A stretch of DNA of 64,000 bases from the IMG/VR virus record IMGVR_UViG_2974511964_000001, positions 73,974-137,973 of that record; one strand, given 5' to 3'. The notes below the pieces were generated by a model that had not been told where the DNA came from, did no database searches, and worked only from the letters and a program-made list of their open reading frames with translations. Below, piece by piece: positions 56,885 through 64,000 of this stretch; positions within the stretch are counted from its first letter, which is position 1, and every line of letters begins with the position of its first letter. The position numbers and the translations under genes were made by a program. The stretch is from a virus (Duplodnaviria > Caudoviricetes).

Positions 56885-57450
56885 GTGTCCGCATTGGTTT
56901 GCGTAGTATACTTTAACTTTTACGATATATTCTGCCATACACTAGTCAGCGCCTACTAGCAAGGAGCTACCAAGCTAGCTGTTGACCCATTATAATGTGT
57001 AATCCAGCACAATGACTGATAACTTTCAGGCGTCATTAGGCATATAATATTTATATAGTTATTTTTATATTTGTATTCCTAGATTTACCCTACTAATACT
57101 CAACTAGTTACTTATAGGAGGAGTTACCTCTATCAACTAGAAAATAGCTTACTGATTTCCCTACTTGGTTCTGCCAGTTATCACACTAACATTAGCTTAG
57201 GGTCTGCGTATTGCGCTACCGTAACCGTTGATGCATTTATCGACAAACTTGTATCTAGCACTGAATCCGTGATGGCTTTCTTTCACCACAACCTTTGTCA
57301 CTACAACAATAGGTTTATTAAATCTACTAGCTATCACTATATAGACGTAATACACATTATGACAGCGCTGCTAGGCGAGATTGACAGTCTCTTATACACT
57401 AGCTTGACACTATGTATAGTTATGGTTGTAATTCTTTCAAATTATCAACC
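56885..57450 (-). ncRNA. Candidate large structured ncRNA (ROOL/GOLLD-like)
   Basis: About 570 nt between tRNAs without a credible ORF; nested long-range helices 56971-56978/57399-57406 and 56992-57001/57351-57360; local hairpins. Confidence 0.5.
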
Positions 57451-57467
57451 TAAAATATATGATGATA

Positions 57468-57539
57468 CTGCCCGAGCTGGGTTCGAACCAGCGACCTCTT
57501 GATTAACAGTCAATTATTCTACCGCTGAACTACCGGGCA
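57468..57539 (-). tRNA. tRNA-Asn(GTT)
   Basis: Anticodon loop CTGTTAA; GGTTCGAAC T arm. Confidence 0.85.
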
Positions 57540-57574
57540 ATGTAAGTTGGTAAATATTATTACTAATATTTCTA

Positions 57575-57657
57575 CACAGGATACCGGAGTTGAACCGGTT
57601 CGATTAGGTCAGTTTTACTGTGCGCACCCTAACGTTCTACCGTTAAACTAATCCCGT
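57575..57657 (-). ncRNA. tRNA-like RNA with a 19-nt anticodon loop
   Basis: Intact acceptor, D and T arms; TTAGG-(GTGCGCA CAGTAAAACTG A)-CCTAA. Confidence 0.6.
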
Positions 57658-57675
57658 AATATAAACATTTGTTAA

Positions 57676-57747
57676 TACTCGTAGGTGGGTTCGAACCACC
57701 GACCCCTCAATTATAAGTTGAATGCTCTGCCTCTGAGCTATACGAGT
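57676..57747 (-). tRNA. tRNA-Ile(TAT)
   Basis: TTCAA-CTTATAA-TTGAG. Confidence 0.85.
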
Positions 57748-57772
57748 GTATTTATATGAATAATGCTGTTAA

Positions 57773-57860
57773 CACTCTTAGTAGGATTTGAACCTACATC
57801 GTTAAGTAGATTTGCTACTTACCGGGTATTCCGGCCACACTACCATTGTGCTATAAGAGT
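57773..57860 (-). ncRNA. tRNA-like RNA (Ser-like long variable arm, 5-nt anticodon loop)
   Basis: ACTCTTA/TAAGAGT acceptor; GCCGG-AATAC-CCGGT; AAGTAG-CAAAT-CTACTT arm; GTAGG-TTCAAAT-CCTAC. Confidence 0.6.
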
Positions 57861-57902
57861 AAATTATGAAGGATGCCACCCGCAAGCTGGTGTATCCTTC
57901 AA

Positions 57903-57975
57903 TGCCTCCCGTTGGACTTGAACCAGCGACCTTCCCCGCTTCAAGGGGACGCTCTACCTACTGAGCTAGAGGGGC
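57903..57975 (-). tRNA. tRNA-Phe(GAA)
   Basis: TCCCC-TTGAAGC-GGGGA. Confidence 0.85.
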
Positions 57976-58176
57976 ATATTAAGTGGCTAGGAAGACTTGT
58001 AGAAGGAACCACTAATAATAGTTGTTACACAAGAGGAGCTCGTGTCAGGTGGTCGGCCTTATCTTATGCACCCCGCTAATAAGCGGGCGTCAACAACTAT
58101 TCCTTTAGTCTCATTTTCAATACCCCGACCAGGAGGTAGAGACATCAATATTTTGCCTTTTTGAAAGGGGTGGCAA

Positions 58177-58249
58177 TGTGTCCTGACAGAATCGGACTGT
58201 CATCTACGGTTTAGGAGACCATTATTCTATCCAATTGAACTAAAGACAC
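58177..58249 (-). tRNA. tRNA-Arg(CCT)
   Basis: ATGGT-CTCCTAA-ACCGT. Confidence 0.8.
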
Positions 58250-58344
58250 ATATAGGAGGTATACCCCCTATAGAGTAATAACAACAACATATCACTTAGT
58301 TAATTAAAAAATAAAATTACCAACTATAGCTTATTAGTTAGTAA

Positions 58345-58416
58345 TGCGTCCTGACAGAATCGAACTGTCATCGTAGAGGTAGAGGCTCCATGTCTTATCC
58401 ATTAGACCAAAGACGC
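58345..58416 (-). tRNA. tRNA-Arg(TCT)
   Basis: TGGAG-CCTCTAC-CTCTA; atypical loop; acceptor and T arms nearly identical to tRNA-Arg(CCT). Confidence 0.7.
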
Positions 58417-58457
58417 TTGATATAGGCTAACTTGGTTTTCGCTAACCTATACTTATT

Positions 58458-58485
58458 ATTATACCACACTTTTTAGTATTTGCAA
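58458..58485 (-). promoter_or_regulatory. Promoter of the tRNA cluster
   Basis: TTGCAA-N16-TATAAT with TG extension. Confidence 0.6.
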
Positions 58486-58515
58486 CACTTTTTTAGAATT
58501 TATTTTTATTAATTT

Positions 58516-59003
58516 TATCTAAAAGTATGCCATTTCAATCATGTATACACCTTTAGCAGTTAGACTGTTTTTGAGGCTTTAGACCCATAGATATGTCATT
58601 TAAAGCATACACATACATTTCTCAATTATCCTTCGCATGAGAGACAAACTCCAGAGGTATGTCATTTATATCATGTACATGCCTACCGTTGAAACAGATT
58701 ATCAAGACTCCTTGCTCCAAAGATATGTCATTTAGAACATTTAAATACCGTACCGGACAAGCGCCATCGTGGGAGGATAGCTCCATAGGTATGCCATTTA
58801 GAGCATGTACATACCTATTCTAAGCAATCTGCTTGAGTATTATCAGTCCCGTAGGTATGTCATTTAGAGCAGGTACCTTCACGGTATACTCTTCTAAACA
58901 TTTCTATGCTCCAGAGGCATGTAATTTAGAACACGTACATACCTATTGCGTCCTGCCATAATAGCAGCGGTGTGCTCCACAGACATGTCATTTAATGCAT
59001 ACC
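58516..59003 (-). CRISPR. Degenerate CRISPR array 1: 8 repeats, 7 spacers of exactly 30 bp
   Basis: Repeats (+ strand consensus GCTCCATAGGTATGTCATTTAGAGCATGTACATACC) start at 58516, 58582, 58648, 58714, 58780, 58846 (32 bp), 58908 and 58974 (fused to scaffold); all spacers unique. Confidence 0.9.
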
Positions 59004-59117
59004 CTTCGAGGGAACTACAAGACTTGTATTTAAGGCTCTAAATATAGAGGTCTCAGTATATTTACCTTGCTTTTTTAATGACTTCCGCAATGGATTTACG
59101 TAATGTCATTTGCTTAT
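59004..59117 (-). ncRNA. omega-RNA/tracr-like scaffold leading into array 1
   Basis: Conserved in three copies; GGTAAA..hairpin..TGTAGTTCCC core; TCCAT..GTCATT is complementary to the repeat. Confidence 0.75.
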
Positions 59118-59123
59118 GTATAA

Positions 59124-59152
59124 AGAATACCATGATTGGTATTCTTTGTCAA
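59124..59152 (-). promoter_or_regulatory. Palindromic promoter driving scaffold + array 1
   Basis: TTGACA-N17-TATTCT with TG extension; AAAGAATACCA..TGGTATTCTTT inverted repeat. Confidence 0.75.
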
Positions 59153-59175
59153 CACTTATTTATAATTTATTTTAA

Positions 59176-60303
59176 TTATTTTTTGAAAGCTTCATCTCTA
59201 ATGTTTTTAGCCGCATTGATATCACGGTCATGAATAACACCACAGTTAGGGCACGCCCATTCACGGTCTCCCAAAGTAAGTTTATCCGCTCCTTCTAACC
59301 GATATCCACAGTCATTGCACGTCTGAGATGAAGGATAGAATCTATCAATCTTCTTGACTTCTTTATCATACCAATCAGCCTTGTACTGTAGTTGACGAGT
59401 AAACTCATATAGTGATACATCCCCAACAGCTTTAGCTAGCTTATGGTTAGCCATCATTCCCTTAACATTCAGGTCTTCAATGGCAATTTTATCATAATTA
59501 ACAATAAGATACTTGCTAATATTATGCAGATATGCCTTGCGTTGGTTTTGTAAACGTTCATATACTTTAGCACGCTTAATCTTAGCTTTAACCCTACCCA
59601 TACTACCATTTTGTTTACGGGCTAAAGCTCTATCAGCTTTAATAAGCTTCTTTTCACTCTTTTTGATAGCGTGCATATTAGAAAACTTTTTACCATCACT
59701 AGTAATGACAAAGTCTTTAATTCCCAAGTCTAATCCAATGGCTTTATCAGTGTGATAATCAACATTCTTAAAATGGTCATCAGGTACTTCAAAGCCGATT
59801 GATACATAGTATTCACCAGACTTTGTCATTGAGACAGTTGCTGAGATAATTCGGCAATCATCTGGTAATGGCCTATGCAGCACAATCTTAATTGGTGAAA
59901 TCTTAGGAAGTTTAATATGGTCATCCTCTAGTCTAATACTTTTTTCACCTTTGTGAACTCTAGTCTTATAAGACCATGCACATTTATGATAGTTTTTAAA
60001 CTTGGGGAATCCTACCTTTTGATGTTTCTTAATTCCTCTAAAGAAGTTTTGATATGCTTGGCTTAAATTTGTTCTTGCATAGTCCAAACAATTGTTATCG
60101 CAATCTTTTAAAAAGTAGTTTTCTGGCTTGTTTTTAACCCAAGTAACTAGCTTTAATTTAGACTTTCCTGTTTCTTCATATTGCTGTTTGGCATCAGCTA
60201 ATAAAGCGTTATAAACAAATCTAGCTCCATTGATGTTTTTCCAAATTAGTTCTTGTTGCTCCTTATTCGGATAAATTCTATATTTATGTGCATAATTAAT
60301 CAT
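59176..60303 (-). CDS. tnpB: CRISPR-associated TnpB-like (Cas12f-sized) RNA-guided nuclease, 375 aa
   Basis: HKYRIYP; RuvC GLDLG / IEDL / DRD intact; CNDC..CPNC; start ATG 60303 (the track's start at 60366 lies inside a repeat). Confidence 0.9.
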   Translation of the reverse strand: MINYAHKYRIYPNKEQQELIWKNINGARFVYNALLADAKQQYEETGKSKLKLVTWVKNKPENYFLKDCDNNCLDYARTNLSQAYQNFFRGIKKHQKVGFPKFKNYHKCAWSYKTRVHKGEKSIRLEDDHIKLPKISPIKIVLHRPLPDDCRIISATVSMTKSGEYYVSIGFEVPDDHFKNVDYHTDKAIGLDLGIKDFVITSDGKKFSNMHAIKKSEKKLIKADRALARKQNGSMGRVKAKIKRAKVYERLQNQRKAYLHNISKYLIVNYDKIAIEDLNVKGMMANHKLAKAVGDVSLYEFTRQLQYKADWYDKEVKKIDRFYPSSQTCNDCGYRLEGADKLTLGDREWACPNCGVIHDRDINAAKNIRDEAFKK

Positions 60304-60359
60304 GTAATTTCCACTCTTTTCTTTTATTATTAGCCTTATTCTATAGTTATTCCAACATT

Positions 60360-60547
60360 GCTCCATAGATATATCATTTAGAGCATGTACATGCCTTTTG
60401 AGGCTTTAGTTCCATAGTTATGTCATTTCAATCATGTACATACCAATCTAACCTGGAATCATTATTTTGATGTTGTTCCATAGATATGTCATTTATAAGT
60501 GTATACCCTCCAAGCTCCAGAAGTATGTCATACGGCTAATGCACGCC
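60360..60547 (-). CRISPR. Degenerate CRISPR array 2: 4 repeats with spacers of 13, 30 and 6 bp
   Basis: Repeats at 60360, 60409, 60475 and 60514; same consensus as array 1. Confidence 0.85.
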
Positions 60548-60661
60548 TTTCAAGGGAACTACAGAATTTGTTATAAAGTTTCTTATAATAGTGATTCCAG
60601 TATATTTACCTCGCTTTTTTAATGACTTCCGCAATGGATTTACGTATTGTCATTTGCTTAT
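60548..60661 (-). ncRNA. omega-RNA/tracr-like scaffold leading into array 2
   Basis: Homologous to 59004-59117 and 56697-56801. Confidence 0.75.
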
Positions 60662-60667
60662 GTATTA

Positions 60668-60696
60668 AGAATACCATGATTGGTATTCTTTGTCAA
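60668..60696 (-). promoter_or_regulatory. Palindromic promoter driving scaffold + array 2
   Basis: Identical to 59124-59152. Confidence 0.75.
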
Positions 60697-60716
60697 CACT
60701 TATTTATACTTTATTT

Positions 60717-61322
60717 TTACTTGTGATTTAAGTCACCCTCAAATAAATCTTTTGAATATAGAAGTTTGGTAGCTAGTGTAGCTACTTTAGTATTAGCTAA
60801 ACTAACTTCGGCATCAACTGATTTAAGTTGGCCTTCTAATCCAGACTTCTTAATAGCAAGCAAATCAATCTGTTTCCGATAACTATTAATCTCTGAATTA
60901 ACTTGAGAAATATCGTTCTTGATACGCTTAGTTTCTACCCCAGACTTAGATTTAACCTCTTGCTGGTCATCAACCGCTCGTTGTAACGCCGTAATTAGTG
61001 ACCTCTTTATCGTCTCGTTCAAGTCTTCATATTCGATTCCAAAATCAACTTTAAATAATGTTATGATGGTCCCTTTCTCAAATACAAACACTAAATCGTT
61101 TAACATATAATAATCAGACGTTGAATGGCCCTTCCCTAACTGGCCCCTAAATACAAAATCAGCATTATCAAAGCTAGTCAAGATATCCTTAGTTACCTTA
61201 TCAGAGTTGCTTACTAAATACCTTTTGATTTCTCTATCGTCAGTAATACCATTCATTCGTTCTACCCAGCGTGACTTTGCATGTTGGGATACAGTTACTT
61301 CTACAGCTTCTTCATTTGCCAT
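60717..61322 (-). CDS. Hypothetical protein with C-terminal coiled coil
   Basis: SQHAKSRWVER N-terminal motif; own promoter. Confidence 0.6.
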   Translation of the reverse strand: MANEEAVEVTVSQHAKSRWVERMNGITDDREIKRYLVSNSDKVTKDILTSFDNADFVFRGQLGKGHSTSDYYMLNDLVFVFEKGTIITLFKVDFGIEYEDLNETIKRSLITALQRAVDDQQEVKSKSGVETKRIKNDISQVNSEINSYRKQIDLLAIKKSGLEGQLKSVDAEVSLANTKVATLATKLLYSKDLFEGDLNHK

Positions 61323-61464
61323 AATAATTACCTCTTTCCTTATTGAATAAACTTAGTTTACTACAACCTGAGCAGGCTGTCAATATTTATTTAAGATTAA
61401 TTTTATAGTCATTTATGTATTAAAAAAGAGAGCTATTATGCTCTCTTTTAAGATGGTTTTATAT

Positions 61465-62196
61465 TTAGTAATTAGTTAACGCCCATGGTGACATAGAATC
61501 GCCAGCATTGTGATATAATTTAACAGCATTGTCAATTTGTGATTGCACGCTACCTGTACCACCATATAATTGCTGGAATAATCCCCGAGCTGTTGAGGAT
61601 GGGTTAGCAGCATCAACTTGCCAGTTTGATTCACGAGTAATAATTGCATCCCATGTTGATGCAGGGACTCCTGTGCGTGACTGCATCTGGCTCAATACTG
61701 CTTGCTTTTCACTGTCTGCTAGTGTTCCGTTAGACGTAGTTACACTAGACCCAGTATAACTAGACTGGGATGTGCTTGAAACGCTCTGAGTAGCCTGTAC
61801 AGAGCTCTGAGAAGATTGTGTGGCCTGTGAAGCTGAGCTAGAACTGGATTGTACTGGCTGGCTCACCGCTGAGCTCGATTGGCTTTCCTTGGTAGCTTGA
61901 TTAGCCTGACTAACCGGTTGTGTATTTTCTTGTTTAACTTGTGCTGATTGAGTATTAACTACCTTACCAGCTTCATTAACCTTAAGTTTATCCCCAACAA
62001 AAATAAGATTAACATTGTCTAAATTGTTATCTTTTTCAATTTGACTAACGGTCGTCCCATTAGCTAAAGCAATTTCTGAAACGGTATCGCCAGCATTAAC
62101 GGTAACGGTGGATGCTTCTGCAACCGCTCCTAATGATAAACCAGCTACTACAGCACCGACTAAGCTAAGGGACTTGATACTTTTTCCAATTTTAAT
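61465..62196 (-). CDS. Secreted LysM + lysozyme-like transglycosylase, ATT start
   Basis: Frame open to 62196: signal peptide (..GAVAEA), LysM VTVNAGDTVSEIA..NLIFVGDKL, Ser/Gln linker, IITRESNW...A.NPSS.ARGLFQ; AGAGGT RBS 8 nt upstream. Confidence 0.85.
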   Translation of the reverse strand: MKIGKSIKSLSLVGAVVAGLSLGAVAEASTVTVNAGDTVSEIALANGTTVSQIEKDNNLDNVNLIFVGDKLKVNEAGKVVNTQSAQVKQENTQPVSQANQATKESQSSSAVSQPVQSSSSSASQATQSSQSSVQATQSVSSTSQSSYTGSSVTTSNGTLADSEKQAVLSQMQSRTGVPASTWDAIITRESNWQVDAANPSSTARGLFQQLYGGTGSVQSQIDNAVKLYHNAGDSMSPWALTNY

Positions 62197-63160
62197 AATA
62201 AAAGACCTCTTTCTTTACTTATATTCGAGCACATACCTGTGCCCTTTCAACTTAATGTAACCATCTTACCACAGAAACCAATACAATGGTATAACAATAT
62301 GATTACAAATGTGTTACATATGCCACAATGCTGTTAAAGCCACATAGCAGCTCATACAATGCATTATAATAAGTTATGGTATAAATACCATAGAGATGTT
62401 GTAAAACTCTCATATAGACCTATATGGAGCTCACAGACACATTGTAGAGCTAACAAACGTCTATGTGTGCTAATAAAACATCTAGTATATGTCGTTTACA
62501 AGTGTAAACCAGTGCCATACCTTAATATTAGTCCATATAAAAGCATATAAGTATACTATTAGGGTTAACCCTTATTTGATACCATTATACTTTACTAAAA
62601 ATAATGGATATTGTTCTAATGCTATCAGCTGAAAAGCTGACAGCGCACGAGAGCGGTGCAGTCCGCTCGACTCAGGAGGCTGAAAGCCGGGGCTCTAGAG
62701 CCCAGATAAGTGGTTTTCTTATCTATTATATACTTTCATATAGGATGAAGAAAACCACTTTATCAAATCAAAACCTATGTATTGAAGAAAACCACTTCAA
62801 TCCACCAGCGAGCCAGCGCTGGAGCTGGTTACCTCCAAAGACCGGAGGCAACACATCCATAACTTTGTGATAATAAATATTCTCAAATTGGTACTTAATT
62901 TATATAAAGTTTACACAGGGTTAGCTAAGGGCTGTAGCCCGTGCTATCACTGGGTTTTGATGTATCCCAATCTACAGATAAATCAGTAGACTGTAATACA
63001 TACAGTTCACTGAAAAAAGTCTTGTTTCACCTACTACAAACGTTTTAATATCAACGTTTACAGCACATTGGTACCCTGTGATTACTGTTTGTTATAAATT
63101 TGTTGGTAATCACAGGTATCCGTGATATAATGAAGTCATAGGAAGTGAGGAATCCAACAA

Positions 63161-64000
63161 ATGGAAAACTATATAGAGAACAATATTAAGCTTATCACCA
63201 ATTCAAAGGCTACTCCTTTTGCAACTCCTCTTAGGACGGTTAAAGGGCTAGTAACTGTGCTAAAAACGTTGCACCATGAAGCATTAACAAATCCTTCTCA
63301 TCAGTATATAGATGAGTCAATGGTAACAATCCAGATAAGTCCAGAAGAAATTTGGAATATTTCGCCTAGGCGCTTCAAAAAGGATTATTCACTTAATGAT
63401 ACTCGTAATGCAATTCGTATGTTGTCTCTCGCAGGAATGTTGGTTCCATGCACATGGACTCTTCTTAGCTACGGTGCCAAGGATGAAAAGATGGCTATTG
63501 TCCATAAAAACAATGATGAGTCGGGCTACATTGGTTTGCCATCTGTTTATATGATTCCAGATTTATCATACTATGATAATCTTCATTGTGATAGAATAAC
63601 CCGTAGTTTCAATATTAAGACACCTCTGACATACTTATCACTCAGTGCCGCCTATGACTACAATACTGCTAATTTTGTCTATGGCAATCTAAACAACTGG
63701 GGCATCCCGTCTCCTACTGTTAACCAAGCCGAAAAGTTAGTCCATTTAGTTGATGTAAAGGGTGTAGTTACACTAGAAGAATCTAAGAAGTATCTAGTTC
63801 CGTCTAAGTTTCCCAAAGGGTATGTACCACCAACTAGCAACTCCTATTTTATTTCTCAGCTAAATGCACTAAAAATGACGGGATGGCTTCATAGCCAGGG
63901 AGTGTTCTTTGACACCGCTAGCAAAGTTAATCCTGTGTTGACGAAAGATATATCTAGGAACAGTAAGGTTTTATATACTCGTTCGTCAATTAAAAGATAA
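63161..64000 (+). CDS. Hypothetical protein (possible DNA-binding/replication protein)
   Basis: 279-aa ORF after a structured intergenic region; function inferred from context only. Confidence 0.5.
   Translation: MENYIENNIKLITNSKATPFATPLRTVKGLVTVLKTLHHEALTNPSHQYIDESMVTIQISPEEIWNISPRRFKKDYSLNDTRNAIRMLSLAGMLVPCTWTLLSYGAKDEKMAIVHKNNDESGYIGLPSVYMIPDLSYYDNLHCDRITRSFNIKTPLTYLSLSAAYDYNTANFVYGNLNNWGIPSPTVNQAEKLVHLVDVKGVVTLEESKKYLVPSKFPKGYVPPTSNSYFISQLNALKMTGWLHSQGVFFDTASKVNPVLTKDISRNSKVLYTRSSIKR

Noticed and set aside
56472-58079. Short ORFs at 56472, 56677, 57269 and 57873
   Set aside because: They overlap tRNAs, the scaffold or structured RNA and lack convincing RBSs
55860-58420. tRNA-associated theta/HDV-like or hammerhead ribozymes
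   Set aside because: Could not fit the nested double pseudoknot or the CUGAnGA/GAAA core by eye
58878-58907. Spacer whose reverse complement contains GTTTAGAAGAGTAT, resembling the start of some type II-A repeats
   Set aside because: Short and imperfect match; the spacer also reads as open coding sequence, so coincidence is likely
60304-60366. N-terminal extension MEQCWNN.. of the CRISPR-associated TnpB
   Set aside because: That ATG lies within a CRISPR repeat; the RBS and family N-terminus fit ATG 60303
58516-60547. Self-targeting of spacers within this window
   Set aside because: No full protospacer found by eye apart from the 13-bp match between the arrays; the search was not exhaustive
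1272-61759. Many 60-180 aa antisense ORFs in the track (e.g. 1272, 2890, 6745, 20385, 23846, 49470, 53586, 59513)
   Set aside because: Shadow ORFs opposite well-supported genes, without RBS or motifs
62359-62870. ORFs 62359-62550 and 62604-62870
   Set aside because: No RBS, atypical composition, and they coincide with hairpin/repeat structure better explained as non-coding

Overview
A 64 kb, AT-rich segment of a large lytic Lactobacillaceae phage. Gene content and layout resemble SPO1/LP65-type Herelleviridae (inference). From left to right: (1) the end of a virion module, with Thr-rich proteins, a glycosyltransferase and a GDPD tail enzyme; (2) a + strand block with NADAR, HNH, nucleoside deoxyribosyltransferase, Pnkp-like kinase/phosphatase/ligase, AAA ATPase, TelA and two solo IS605-type tnpB genes with omega-RNA ends; (3) an ~8 kb region (27.4-35.6 kb) of promoter-rich mini-gene cassettes, probably the long terminal repeat, carrying two perfect parS sites; (4) a - strand block with five Tad2/DUF2829-like paralogues, a second RNA ligase, an SF2 helicase, an orphan MazF, PnuC, PgpA and Dps; (5) a tRNA/ncRNA cluster. 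The standout feature is at 56.6-60.7 kb: a third, divergent TnpB-like nuclease with an intact RuvC triad, flanked on both sides by degenerate CRISPR arrays (36-bp repeats, mostly exact 30-bp spacers). Each array is preceded by its own promoter and a conserved ~110-nt omega-RNA-like scaffold containing an anti-repeat. A third scaffold+repeat copy is fused to the 3' end of a tRNA. No cas1/cas2/cas9 is present in the window. This looks like a phage-encoded TnpB-CRISPR hybrid (TnpB-to-Cas12 intermediate) system. All calls were made by eye, without database searches.
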